A DNA stretch of 64,000 nucleotides from Candidatus Latescibacterota bacterium (GTDB taxonomy: Bacteria > Latescibacterota > UBA2968 > GCA-2709665), in NCBI GenBank assembly GCA_965219455.1, contig OZ244744.1, forward strand, positions 608,001 through 672,000, written 5' to 3'. Numbering within the stretch: position 1 is the stretch's first letter; every line of letters starts with the position of its first letter. Shown here one piece after another: positions 28,956 to 38,650 of the stretch. Below the pieces are notes generated by a model. That model was not told where the DNA came from. It ran no database searches and was given only the letters and a program-made list of their open reading frames with translations. A program made the position numbers and the translations under genes.

Positions 28956-30539
28956 TCAGTCGACGACGTTGACGACGACCTCGACTTCGTCCACGGTGAT
29001 CTCCCGGCTTTCCGCGCTGTTTTTCGGTACCAGCCCGATGCCCAGGGTATTGTCCCCGTAGACTCCCGGCGGCGACGTCAGGTTCACGCGCAGTTCGGTA
29101 TGGGGCGGCAGCGGCCTACCCTCCCAGGCCGGTCGACCCTGTGGATGCCAGATGGACCTGATTGTGTCTACCGGGATTTCCCGGCCGTTCAGAGTTACTG
29201 CAATCTCATCCTCGGGGCTCTTGCCGAGGGCTCTGAAGATCAGCCAGGCTCCCGGAGGTTTGCCCGCCCGGTTGAAACTGCCGGTGTACACGCCGCGCTC
29301 GTCCACGGACTGATCGGTTTTTTCCGGTAGATACTCGCAGACCCGGAACGGAAACACCGCGCTCGGACTGGATCCGCTCAGGGTTGCGCGGTGATGGGGA
29401 ATGCCGATGCTGCGGTAACCCTTCGGGTGGAGTTCATGAGGCCAGAGCGGCAGGAAGAGATAGTGTCTGTCTCCGGCGGCAACCGCATCGGGGTTCTTGA
29501 GGGTATTGAAATACCCCAGGGCCTTCGGGTACATGTCCGCGGGACCGGGGTAGCTCTTGCTGCGGAGTTGCCCCCACATATAGACATCGTAGTTGTGCGT
29601 GGATACACCGTCGGCGCCGGCTTCGTAGAAGTTGCGGACGGCGGCGCGGTAGTTGTCCAGCGTCATGATCCCGCAGTTGCCGGGCACGTCGGCCTGAATG
29701 GCTGGATATAGATAACAGCTGTCGGCGGCGCGGACAATCCCGGCGAATTGCTCGACCTTCATATTGAAATTGGTGTAATGGTAGTCGGTGGGCGCCACGT
29801 AGTCGACCAGCCCCTCCCCGACCCAGGTGGCAACGTCGAAGCCAAAATGCCGGCATTCCTCCAGGGTGGTGGGCACCCTTATCCCCATCAGAAGGCGCCG
29901 GCCTCTTTTTTCGCCGTTCCTGTCGAGCATTGCGCGGATGCGCCGCAGGAATTCGGACATCAAAGGATGACGGCGCGCGGCCGTCGAGGGCGGAAAACAG
30001 TACCCGTGGCGGACGAAATTGAGTTCGATTCCGTCCACGTCGAATCGCTCGGGGACCTCCTGTATAATCGAAAAAACCCAGTCCCGCACCTCCGGCAGTG
30101 AGTAGTCGACGCCGTGTCCGAGGTCCTTCAGGATCCAGTCGGGATGGGCTTCGAAAAAGGGCTTGTTGATCCCGTGGCGATCGTTCATCCGGAAACCCGC
30201 CAGCAGTTCAATACCCTGGTTTCGCGCTTCGTCAACGAATATATCCAGCGGCATCACGCCGCCGTCCATCATCGCGTCGAACCGCGCGAATGCGGGCGAT
30301 TTCCAGTTCGGGCACCGGCGACTGCGGTAGTAAGCGATCAGGCCGTCGAAATACACTTCCGGAACATACGTGTCCGCGCCTCCGGCAGCCACGTTGCGTA
30401 TCCACTTCCTCAGATGATCGGGCTCGGCCGGATCGCCGAACAGCCAGGTCCCCTGGCCGAAATGCGAGCCCATGTCGCTGGTGTGAATCAGGCGGCGGCC
30501 CCTGGGGAAGCCCGTATCCGGTTCAGGAATCTGCGCCAT
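28956..30539 (-). CDS. Glycoside hydrolase-like family 10 (TIM-barrel) protein
   Basis: GFRMND.H, HPDW, DYSLPEVR, FDVDGIELNFVRH and W..EGLVD. Confidence 0.7.
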   Translation of the reverse strand: MAQIPEPDTGFPRGRRLIHTSDMGSHFGQGTWLFGDPAEPDHLRKWIRNVAAGGADTYVPEVYFDGLIAYYRSRRCPNWKSPAFARFDAMMDGGVMPLDIFVDEARNQGIELLAGFRMNDRHGINKPFFEAHPDWILKDLGHGVDYSLPEVRDWVFSIIQEVPERFDVDGIELNFVRHGYCFPPSTAARRHPLMSEFLRRIRAMLDRNGEKRGRRLLMGIRVPTTLEECRHFGFDVATWVGEGLVDYVAPTDYHYTNFNMKVEQFAGIVRAADSCYLYPAIQADVPGNCGIMTLDNYRAAVRNFYEAGADGVSTHNYDVYMWGQLRSKSYPGPADMYPKALGYFNTLKNPDAVAAGDRHYLFLPLWPHELHPKGYRSIGIPHHRATLSGSSPSAVFPFRVCEYLPEKTDQSVDERGVYTGSFNRAGKPPGAWLIFRALGKSPEDEIAVTLNGREIPVDTIRSIWHPQGRPAWEGRPLPPHTELRVNLTSPPGVYGDNTLGIGLVPKNSAESREITVDEVEVVVNVVD

Positions 30540-30599
30540 GGCGGCCCTATCCCGTGTAATTTGGATTGAACGCTTGTTTCCACAATGCGAAAGTCGAAG

Positions 30600-30628
30600 T
30601 TGACTTATTTTCTTAACGCACTTATAGT
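30600..30628 (+). promoter_or_regulatory. Sigma70 promoter upstream of the HNH gene
   Basis: TTGACT-17 nt-TATAGT. Confidence 0.55.
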
Positions 30629-30701
30629 CAATGTGTTATTCATATTTTCGGTTGTTTGAACGTGGATTGGCCAGGTGCGGGTTAACCTCGGGCACGGACA
30701 C

Positions 30702-31226
30702 ATGGGAAGCGGCGTTCCGGTTTTCTCTAATCAGTTGCAACTGCGTTTTCCGGATGCTCAGCGGGCGTATGAGGGACAGAAGATCGCGGTCCGCTGCGAA
30801 CAGTGCGGGAACCCGTTCGGCGTCCCGCACTGGTTTGCCCGCGGGAAGGTGCGGCTTCACTTCTGCGGCAAAGCCTGCCTCGACGCGTGGACGTCGGTAC
30901 TTCCGGAAGTCGGGAACCGTCTGGTTTTGAGGGGACGCCCGGAATACAGGGGTGGAAACTGGAAGGTGCAGACTGCGCTGGCGAGAGAACGCGACGGCTT
31001 TCGCTGCAGGAATTGCGGGGTTACCGAAGAGACGCTGGGCAGGCAACTGGACGTGCATCACAAAACGCCCGTCCGGCTTTTTGCTTCGGCCGCGGCCGCC
31101 AACCGGCTGGACAATCTGATCTCGGTCTGCGCGTCGTGCCACAAACGCCTGGAAGACAGGATGGGCGACGAACTTCCTCTCTTCCACGCTGTGAGGCATC
31201 CCGGTCAGCGGCCGGATCGCGGATGA
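30702..31226 (+). CDS. HNH endonuclease with N-terminal zinc finger
   Basis: CEQC...FCGKAC; ERDGFRCRNCG...LDVHH...NLISVCASCH. Start is ATG 30702 or GTG 30675. Confidence 0.85.
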   Translation: MGSGVPVFSNQLQLRFPDAQRAYEGQKIAVRCEQCGNPFGVPHWFARGKVRLHFCGKACLDAWTSVLPEVGNRLVLRGRPEYRGGNWKVQTALARERDGFRCRNCGVTEETLGRQLDVHHKTPVRLFASAAAANRLDNLISVCASCHKRLEDRMGDELPLFHAVRHPGQRPDRG

Positions 31227-31249
31227 CGCGCAAACTTGGACATACAGCG

Positions 31250-32482
31250 CTAAACCGCGTTCTTCTCTCCGAACAGGCGTTCACAGACCTTGGCGGCGCG
31301 TTCCTGATAACCGTCGGGGACAAAGACGTAGAGTTTCCAGAGCCGTTCGTACTGGTCCTCCACCGCCTTCACGTCGAACGGCGGACTGTCGAGCGGTTCG
31401 TTCAGGCGACGGACGCCGTCTTTGGTTTTCGTGAAGACCCTGGCCTCCTTGATGGAGGAAATGTCCGGGCAGTACAGGATAACCTGGTCGGGTTCGACGA
31501 CGATGGCGTCGGCGATTTCGCGTTCGACGCGCTGCCTGGATTCCACGGACCTGTTGTAGGAGGCGATCAGTTCATCCCGGGCGCGCCTTCCGATTTCGCC
31601 GGTGGACAGCACGTATGCGCGCTTCAGCAGATTGCGGTAGACCACACCCCGGACCAGACGATCGATAGGTTCATCCTTCCTCGCGGTGAGGGACCGAAGA
31701 AGGGCGCCGTCCGTAAGATGGTAGATATCCTCCTGCCGCAGGCCCTGCTGGACGGCCAGTTCCACGGCTTTGGCAATCATGGCGCCGGATGCGATCTTCG
31801 CGTGGTGAAAATAGACGCGTTCGGTCAGGAAATAGCGCAGCCGCAGGAGATGGAGCAGTTCCGTCCGGGTGCTGAGTTTCTCCAGGTTGATGGCGAGCTT
31901 GTTGTCGGCAACCGTGAAGGTGCTTAGAATGCGGTCGTCGTAATCGTGTTTCAATCCCGCGAAATAGGCGTCGCGGCGAAGGTAGTCGAGCAGGTCCGCA
32001 TCGACGGTGCTCGTAACGATCTGCCGCATCCAGGGCGGATCGAAACTGCGCTGTGTGAGGAGGGCGACCACCTGTTCTCTCTGGCCGGATGCGTCCAGAG
32101 CATTCGACAGTTCATCCTGGGAGAGCGCGTGTCCGATCCGTTCCGCGGTATCGTGGCGCGGAAACAGCTTGCGTTCGTCTTCAAAGGTATGGCCAAAGGG
32201 AAAATGAGACACGTCGTGTACGAGGGCGGCCAGAACCACAGCGGTTTCCTGTTCGGGGCTCACGCTGGTTCCGGAGTCTCTGAGAACACCTACAATGTGC
32301 CTCGCCATTGCGGCGGTACCCAGGGAGTGTTCGAACCGTGTATGCGTGCAGCCCGGGTACACGAGATAGGCCGTGCCGGTCTGCCGGATGCCTCGCAGGC
32401 GCTGGAATTGCCGGGTGTCCATCACACGGCGCTCCACTTCGTCGAAGCGAAGGTCGCCGTGTACCGGATCTCGAATGATCAT
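31250..32482 (-). CDS. HD-domain phosphohydrolase (SAMHD1/YwfO-like)
   Basis: IRDPVHG, FQRLRGIRQ, HTRFEHSLG, HDVSHFPFGH, DADLLDYLRRD and VYFHH. Confidence 0.9.
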   Translation of the reverse strand: MIIRDPVHGDLRFDEVERRVMDTRQFQRLRGIRQTGTAYLVYPGCTHTRFEHSLGTAAMARHIVGVLRDSGTSVSPEQETAVVLAALVHDVSHFPFGHTFEDERKLFPRHDTAERIGHALSQDELSNALDASGQREQVVALLTQRSFDPPWMRQIVTSTVDADLLDYLRRDAYFAGLKHDYDDRILSTFTVADNKLAINLEKLSTRTELLHLLRLRYFLTERVYFHHAKIASGAMIAKAVELAVQQGLRQEDIYHLTDGALLRSLTARKDEPIDRLVRGVVYRNLLKRAYVLSTGEIGRRARDELIASYNRSVESRQRVEREIADAIVVEPDQVILYCPDISSIKEARVFTKTKDGVRRLNEPLDSPPFDVKAVEDQYERLWKLYVFVPDGYQERAAKVCERLFGEKNAV

Positions 32483-32737
32483 GTACCGAACTCTCAATTA
32501 CGGAACGGGACCGTAGCCGCCCTCCTCCCCTACCCTGCCCCCGCGGCAATGCGCTTACCTGCCAGCCGTTCAAAGTTAACAAATCGGCCGGCACGTAGCA
32601 ATGGAAACGCATCATGCCAAACGGGCTGCCTGAAGTGGAATCGGGCAGCCCGCCAGATATCAAAAACACTTATTGACACCGGACGACCCGTGCGGCGAAC
32701 CGACCGATTCGCCGCGCCGGTCGTCCGATGACTTGGC

Positions 32738-33292
32738 TCAGAAGTAGAATTTAAGCCCGGCAAAGAGGCGATCGATATCGGTTGTGTTGCCGTCCGTAAA
32801 GATGAAGTCCCGCTTGTAGTTCAGCCCAACGCGAATCCGATCGTTGAGAATGATGTCGATGCCCGCGCCGGGGGCCACGCCGAAGTTGCTTTCGCCCTCG
32901 GCAGGCTTGTAGAGTCCTGCATGCGCGGAGAAATAATAGACAAAGGGATCGGCGTTGTAATCGAAGCGGGAGCCCAGGCTGTAAATGGACAGTTTTTTAT
33001 CCGAAAGATAGGTGTAACCACCCTCTATTGCAAGCCAGCCGTCCCGCTCGTAACCCAGGTTCAGGCTGTATAGCAGGCCGGTGCGGCTGTCGTCCACGTT
33101 TCTGTCGAAGATCCCGGAGCCGAACGCCGGGCTGATGTAAAATCGGCCTTTGGGGCCGCCGAACGGATAGCCGCCGCGGCCCACTTCACTGCCTTCGGGT
33201 CCATCGGTTCGGCCGGGCTCCCCTGCGTCCAACGGCATACAGAGCATTGCCGCGCAGATGGTGAAGATCAGGGTGAGGCTTGCGGTTTTCAT
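32738..33292 (-). CDS. Small outer-membrane beta-barrel protein
   Basis: Signal peptide, alternating strands, terminal AGLKFYF. Confidence 0.75.
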   Translation of the reverse strand: MKTASLTLIFTICAAMLCMPLDAGEPGRTDGPEGSEVGRGGYPFGGPKGRFYISPAFGSGIFDRNVDDSRTGLLYSLNLGYERDGWLAIEGGYTYLSDKKLSIYSLGSRFDYNADPFVYYFSAHAGLYKPAEGESNFGVAPGAGIDIILNDRIRVGLNYKRDFIFTDGNTTDIDRLFAGLKFYF

Positions 33293-33343
33293 GGCGAGTT
33301 TCCTTTCTGATTAGAGTGGGGTTACCGGCCGTCTGGCTGTCGA

Positions 33344-33940
33344 TCAGAATCCGATGTGGCGTTTCTTGTAGGCCTTCCGGATCTCCTTCTCGTCGGTCCA
33401 AGCGATTTCGGAGGTCAGCAGATTGGTCAGTTGGAACGTGGCCTTATAATAGATCAGTTTGTCCTTGCCCACCTGCTGGACGTTGGCCGTAAGGGTTCCG
33501 GTCAGCAGATACTCCGCGCCGGTCTGGTTGCCAGGACCGCTGGCCTGGTCCGGATCCACGTAGCCGGACTGTTGATACTCGTACTCCTCGGCGATGTCCC
33601 GGCGGTTTACCACGTCGGCGAACCGAAATCTGCCGTTCTGGATGAGCTGTGTGCGGACCTTGTTGGATAGCATGGTCATATCTATATGTTCTGACGTACG
33701 GTTGCGCATTTTTCCAATCATGACAACCGGCGTGCCGTTTCTCCCGCTAATGTTGCTCCCGGCCATGGACTGGATCATTTTCTTCGCGATGAGTTGCATG
33801 TCGTTTTCGCTGAATCGGTCATCCAACAGCGCAACGGCGTTCGGATCCTCGTAGCTGCCCTTTGTGAATGCTCTGGGTCCCGCGCAGCTGACGGCGAACG
33901 CGAGAACGACGGCGAGGGTGATGCAGATCCCTGGTTTCAT
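33344..33940 (-). CDS. lpoB: Penicillin-binding protein activator LpoB-like lipoprotein
   Basis: Lipobox AVSC, NRTSEHID, GAEYLLTG and W..EKEIRK. Confidence 0.82.
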   Translation of the reverse strand: MKPGICITLAVVLAFAVSCAGPRAFTKGSYEDPNAVALLDDRFSENDMQLIAKKMIQSMAGSNISGRNGTPVVMIGKMRNRTSEHIDMTMLSNKVRTQLIQNGRFRFADVVNRRDIAEEYEYQQSGYVDPDQASGPGNQTGAEYLLTGTLTANVQQVGKDKLIYYKATFQLTNLLTSEIAWTDEKEIRKAYKKRHIGF

Positions 33941-34024
33941 GGCGGTTCTCCTTCTGGTGTGATGGATGGTGCGGTTCGGTGGCTATGCCGTTCCACGTGT
34001 TACTCGCGACCAGCGGTTGCGAGT

Positions 34025-34825
34025 TCAATTCCATTCGCATTGGAAGTGGGCGCCCGCCATGTGCCACTTGTACGGCAACAGGACGTCCTGGCGATAGCGC
34101 ACCTGGAGCCGGCAGTCCTGCAAGGGCGAACTCGCGGGATAGTCGAAGGAAAATTCCCGGATTCCGGCGCGGTCGGCGTCGGGAATATCGGACGAATGGA
34201 AGATATCCGGCCTGGTCGAGGTGAAGACCTGCATCGTTTTGGACCCGTACGTCTTCAGAGGCACCCGGTCCGCGAACGTGATGCGCCGAACCTGCTTGGG
34301 CAGGAGGGGATCGCTGAGATCCACCCGCTCGTCGCGGCGCCAGTTCCCCGCCAGTACGGCGCCCAGGTCCGCGGTGAAGATGCGTTCGGTGGGGCCGTCC
34401 GGTATAATGACGTAGAGATACCGCTTGCGGGCTTCCCGCGACCGGCCGGCGAATTCGAGCTGAATGGCAAGGCTCAGCGCGCGGTTGGGAGGCAGCGCAT
34501 GGAGCGAGATCGCCTGAATGACCTTCTTCGAAACGCCTGCCTTTTTGAGTTCGATCAGCGCGTTGGCCGAAGCGTTACCCGCAAACCGGCGCTCGCGAAC
34601 CATCCGGCTGATCGCTTCGTCACCAAAGTCGTTCCTGCTGAGATTGATGACGTCTTCCAGGGTGAGGGGAAGCTGGTCGGAGCGTTCGTAGATGGGCGGC
34701 AGGTTCCTGCCGTCCCACGTCACGATGTTGATAACGGCGCCCCGGGTGGGGACGTCGGCCGCCCACCCCCCCTGGCTCCACCCCGCGAGGGCCAGGGTCA
34801 AACAGATCCAGAACTGTCGCTTCAT
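34025..34825 (-). CDS. Secreted hypothetical protein
   Basis: Signal peptide, SD aggagg, LTLEDVINLS...LIELKKAGVS helical motif. Confidence 0.75.
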   Translation of the reverse strand: MKRQFWICLTLALAGWSQGGWAADVPTRGAVINIVTWDGRNLPPIYERSDQLPLTLEDVINLSRNDFGDEAISRMVRERRFAGNASANALIELKKAGVSKKVIQAISLHALPPNRALSLAIQLEFAGRSREARKRYLYVIIPDGPTERIFTADLGAVLAGNWRRDERVDLSDPLLPKQVRRITFADRVPLKTYGSKTMQVFTSTRPDIFHSSDIPDADRAGIREFSFDYPASSPLQDCRLQVRYRQDVLLPYKWHMAGAHFQCEWN

Positions 34826-34851
34826 GGTGTTCCTCCTTTCGGTTGTTGTGT

Positions 34852-36216
34852 CTATTTATACGTTCGGTAGTTCACGAAGGTCCGGGTTCCCGGCCGGATG
34901 TGTATATCCGAAATGGTTCCGGCTTCGATGACGCGCCCCCGGCTGTCGAGGGATTCCAGCGTAAGGGTGTGAGTACCGGCGGGTAGCGTGAGCCTGCCGA
35001 TCTGCACGTTGTGCGGCAGCGAGACCCAGCTTCGGGTATCGGCCGCCTCGGTTGCGGCGGAGAGCAAATTGACGAAGAAGCCGAGGACTTTGTTTTTCTC
35101 TTCTGCCTTGACTGAAGCGGCGTATTTGACCAGACCTCGCGCGACCGTACGCGCGAGCATCACGGGTTGTTTGTCCTGATACGTCTGCCACGCGATGGCC
35201 GAAAGGTCGTCCGCCAGGGTGGTCGTGGTCTGACGTCCGGCGGCGATGACCCTGATGGTCTGTGTACGTGGCGCGACGTCCTCGTACGCCGGCAGGGCCA
35301 CGCGCAGCCAGTATTTGACTTTTGATTTGCCCGCATAGTGGGGTTTGAAGTGGCGGTGCGCGATTTTTCGAGAGATACCTTCGAGCCGGCCCTTTTTTCT
35401 TGTTTTAACGTCGTCTGCGTAAATCGGCAGGTTGATGTCCTCCTGGACTTTGTGGGGCACGAAACCGATTTCCGAGAAGAGGATCAGTTCGCCGCCGGCG
35501 GGTGAGCGCCAGTCTGCGGAGGCGGCCCCTTCGCCGGGGTCCTCGGTATAGCCCAAAGCTTGCTCGACGCGCCTTAGGTCTTTCCGGAGGGCCGCGGGCG
35601 CCTTCAGGCCAAAGGCCTTTTTATACGTCTCATAGGCATCCAGTGCGTTCCGATAGGACACGTACGCATCGTTGAGTTCGCCGGTGGCTTCGTAAATGAG
35701 ACCGGTCATGTAGTGAATGAATGCATCGTTCCGGTACGTGGCGTCGTAGTCGGCCCGGGCGGCGTAGCGCTCCAGTTTCAGGTTGGCCTTGCGGCACTCC
35801 ACCAGAGCCTCTTCCGGCTCGCCGAGATACCAGTAGTTGAGTGCTCTGTAATAGTTGACGAATGCGAGTTCGAATTCCTCGCCGCGATAGGCGCGTACCA
35901 AGTCGTTGGTGACCAGCGAGGCCGCCTCTCGGGACAACGAACGCGTGAAGAGCCGAGCCGAGTGCCGTTCGGCGTTTTCAAAATAGCGGTTGGATGCGCG
36001 GTATTCGCCCCTGTAGTGCGCGATAAGGCCGTTCTCCATAAGATAGAGCAGGCGCGCGGGGCCGTTCCGGGCCCTCCCCAGGCTTTGCAGCGCGGTTTCG
36101 TAGTGTCCACCGGCCAGGCTGCTCCTGAAGGTGGCGGCATTGTGGGTGTACGTTGCGCAACCGGTGAGGAAAACGCAGAGAAGCAGGCCGGATCGCAATT
36201 TGAGCAGGTTATTCAT
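34852..36216 (-). CDS. COG3014-like TPR lipoprotein
   Basis: Lipobox LTGC, LLYLMENG, YRGEEFE, NYYRALNY and ADTRSWVSLP; adjacent to lpoB. Confidence 0.8.
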   Translation of the reverse strand: MNNLLKLRSGLLLCVFLTGCATYTHNAATFRSSLAGGHYETALQSLGRARNGPARLLYLMENGLIAHYRGEYRASNRYFENAERHSARLFTRSLSREAASLVTNDLVRAYRGEEFELAFVNYYRALNYWYLGEPEEALVECRKANLKLERYAARADYDATYRNDAFIHYMTGLIYEATGELNDAYVSYRNALDAYETYKKAFGLKAPAALRKDLRRVEQALGYTEDPGEGAASADWRSPAGGELILFSEIGFVPHKVQEDINLPIYADDVKTRKKGRLEGISRKIAHRHFKPHYAGKSKVKYWLRVALPAYEDVAPRTQTIRVIAAGRQTTTTLADDLSAIAWQTYQDKQPVMLARTVARGLVKYAASVKAEEKNKVLGFFVNLLSAATEAADTRSWVSLPHNVQIGRLTLPAGTHTLTLESLDSRGRVIEAGTISDIHIRPGTRTFVNYRTYK

Positions 36217-36303
36217 GGAGGCTCCATAAACCCAGCTGGTTAAGAAGCTTCGCAAAAGAACATACTATCGCTTTGTGTGGTCACTGTTGCACCAGAGCAT
36301 ATA

Positions 36304-36319
36304 TGCAATCTGCGTGCCA
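36304..36319 (-). promoter_or_regulatory. Sigma54 (-24/-12) promoter
   Basis: Minus strand TGGCAC-GCAGA-TTGCA matches TGGCAC-N5-TTGCW exactly, about 90 nt before the COG3014 start. Confidence 0.72.
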
Positions 36320-36359
36320 AATCCACAAGATGTTTATAAACAATTAGATATGTGTTTAC

Positions 36360-36468
36360 GTCGGGGGGCCAACCTGTCGTGTTTCGTCCACACTTGTGAA
36401 TACGGACGACAATTGGGAGCCCCGAAAAACGAGTCACGACGAGGGCAACCACAAGGGTTGCCCCTACA
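36360..36468. repeat. GTAG-type REP pair
   Basis: 36442-36468 reads tGTAGgggcaacccttgtggttgccct on the minus strand; a degenerate inverted partner lies at 36360-36389. Confidence 0.65.
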
Positions 36469-36680
36469 AACGCAACGACTGCACGTAATACGGCGATATC
36501 AGTATCACGGACGTCAGGGGTGTGGGAAATACGATCGCACGAGTGGCGAATCCGTAGGGAAGGATCCGTTCGGACCCGACTGCCGGATTGCCAGGGAGCG
36601 TGGAACGGATTGGAAGGAAAAGAAAAAGACGACCGATCCGGGTCGCCTTTTAACGTGGCAGCGCAGGGATGAAGAGGCGT

Positions 36681-37259
36681 TTATCGGCGCTGGCGATAGA
36701 GAGAAGCGTCTATGGCGGCGGCCATGGCCGATTCATCGAGGCAGTTGTTCAGAAACGCGTTGATACGGGCCGCCTCCCGGGCGTGATCCGCCAGGATCTG
36801 TCGGTATCCGGAATAGAGGGTCCGGATGAAGGGTCGTTCGGACAGCAAGGTTTCCGTCTGTTGAAGATGCTTGCGGAAAACCCGCGTTATTTCCTCGTCG
36901 TCCGACCGCCCGCCTGGCTGCACGCCCCTCCGGAGCAGCATCTGCCGCTGCGAGGCGAGGACTTCCTCCATTGCCCGCCGCATGAAGATGATCCGGTAGG
37001 TGTGTGTATCGGGAAGGTACTTCAACAGTTCGGAGATGATCTTGACGGCCTTGCCCCCGGCCTCCGGAAGCCAGCTCTGATCCGTCTTCAGCGCCTTGAC
37101 CTTCTCGTATTCGAAATAACCTTTGAGATTGTCTTCGTCGGCGGTTCTCAGGCCGTCTGTCAGGACGTTGATCCCGCCCGCTTCGAGCATCTGCATCATC
37201 ATCGAGGTGCCCGAGCGGGGCAGCCCGGAGACGACGACGATCGCGTCGGGATCGATCAT
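36681..37259 (-). CDS. Sulfotransferase-family protein
   Basis: PAPS loop VVSGLPRSGTSMMM, NLKGYFE, IFMRR..EVLASQ. Confidence 0.85.
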   Translation of the reverse strand: MIDPDAIVVVSGLPRSGTSMMMQMLEAGGINVLTDGLRTADEDNLKGYFEYEKVKALKTDQSWLPEAGGKAVKIISELLKYLPDTHTYRIIFMRRAMEEVLASQRQMLLRRGVQPGGRSDDEEITRVFRKHLQQTETLLSERPFIRTLYSGYRQILADHAREAARINAFLNNCLDESAMAAAIDASLYRQRR

Positions 37260-37320
37260 GAGATTCGTTCGATCACGCCGGTCGGTGCCGGAATGCAGAG
37301 GTGGGATGGTGACAGAACCC

Positions 37321-37533
37321 TTAAAGATAGCCCAGAGACTTAAGGCGGTCTTCCATCAGCTTCTTTTCTTCCGGGGTATAGGCCGGGCCGGACTCCGTAT
37401 CCGTTTCCTGCGCGCGGAGGGATTCCAGCCGTTCGGATGCCTCGAGGAGCCGATTGTACTCTTCGATGTCCAGCATGACGGCGACGCGGTTACCGGCCTG
37501 GTCCACCACGACACGCGGCTTGTTTCCGCTCAT
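37321..37533 (-). CDS. 70-aa protein with antitoxin-like N-terminus and RLKSLGYL tail
   Basis: ATGA overlap with the upstream gene; VVVDQAGNRVAVMLDIEEYNRLLE; EEKKLMEDRLKSLGYL. Confidence 0.7.
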   Translation of the reverse strand: MSGNKPRVVVDQAGNRVAVMLDIEEYNRLLEASERLESLRAQETDTESGPAYTPEEKKLMEDRLKSLGYL

Positions 37534-38627
37534 TGCAATTTGCCCCTGCCGAGAATGTCCCAGACGGCTTCCACCCGGTCGTTGCGAATGCCGTAGATCT
37601 GGTTGTGCAGAAAAACCGTCATGTCGCTATAGCCGGAAATAAGTTCGATCTTGTCGCCAATTCTCAATGGACGGTCGGTGTTCTTCAGCTCCAGATAGCC
37701 GTGTTCCGCCGAGAGGCCGACAACGTCGATGCCGTCCCGGCCTTTGACCCAGGGCAGGCCGAACTGGGAGGTGGTGGTTTTGCGACCGGCGTCGATATAG
37801 GCCCGGTCCGGGGCGGGGCGGCTGACCACGGTGGCAAGAATTGAAAGGGCGTGATCCAGTCCTCTGACGCCCAGCGCCGTGGCGTAGAACGTGTCCATCA
37901 TGATGCCGCCGCCGGCCTGGATTTCGGTGAGACCCGGGCAGTCCGGCGTGTAGGCCAGCGTTCCGGTCCCACCTGCGCTGACGATCGGGCATTCGATGCC
38001 CGACGCCTCAATGCGCTCCCTCGATACCGCAAGATGGGCGATGGCCTCGACGCAGGCGGCTTCCTTCTGCGTGTCGGGAAGATCCATCGCCTGGCCCTCG
38101 TAGCCCATCAGGCCCGAGAATACCACGCCGGGCGCAACCTGGGCCCGTTGCGCCAGTTCCAGGGCAGGCTTCCCCGGCCCCACCCCGCAACGCCCCATCC
38201 CTATGTCCAGTTCGACAAGGACCCGCACGCTGACACCCACGGCCTGCGCCGCTTCCGAGATCATATTGACGTGGACGGGGTGATCGACGGCCACCATGAC
38301 GTCCGCATGCCGCTGCAGATGGGTCAGGCGGGCCATTTTTCTTTCGCCCACGACCTGGTTGGCAACCAGGATGTCCTTGATACCCGAAGCGGCCATGACT
38401 TCGGCTTCACCGAGTTTGGCGCAGGTGATACCGATGGCTCCCGCGTCGAGCAGTTTGTGCGCAATGGCCGGGGTTTTGTTTCCCTTGGTATGCGGACGCC
38501 AGCGAACGCCGCAGACTTTGCACCGAGCGGCGATTCGGGCGATGTTGTTCTCCAGAAGGTCCAGGTCGAGCATCAGGGCAGGCGTATCCAGGTCCCACTT
38601 TTCAAACCCGACGGGAGAGTAGCTCAT
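37530..38627 (-). CDS. DSD1-family PLP-dependent enzyme (D-threonine aldolase/D-serine deaminase-like)
   Basis: LDTPAL, RPHTK (PLP Lys), GMGRCGV, GYEG, DAGRK and SAEHG. Confidence 0.9.
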   Translation of the reverse strand: MSYSPVGFEKWDLDTPALMLDLDLLENNIARIAARCKVCGVRWRPHTKGNKTPAIAHKLLDAGAIGITCAKLGEAEVMAASGIKDILVANQVVGERKMARLTHLQRHADVMVAVDHPVHVNMISEAAQAVGVSVRVLVELDIGMGRCGVGPGKPALELAQRAQVAPGVVFSGLMGYEGQAMDLPDTQKEAACVEAIAHLAVSRERIEASGIECPIVSAGGTGTLAYTPDCPGLTEIQAGGGIMMDTFYATALGVRGLDHALSILATVVSRPAPDRAYIDAGRKTTTSQFGLPWVKGRDGIDVVGLSAEHGYLELKNTDRPLRIGDKIELISGYSDMTVFLHNQIYGIRNDRVEAVWDILGRGKLQ

Positions 38628-38650
38628 TCAGAGTTCCTTTAAGCGCACGT

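Noticed and set aside
30702-32482. HNH plus HD hydrolase as a two-gene anti-phage system
   Set aside because: The genes are convergent, not operonic, and this HD family is commonly housekeeping.
32597-32620. TGGCAT on the minus strand upstream of the HD gene as a sigma54 site
   Set aside because: No TTGC at the required spacing.
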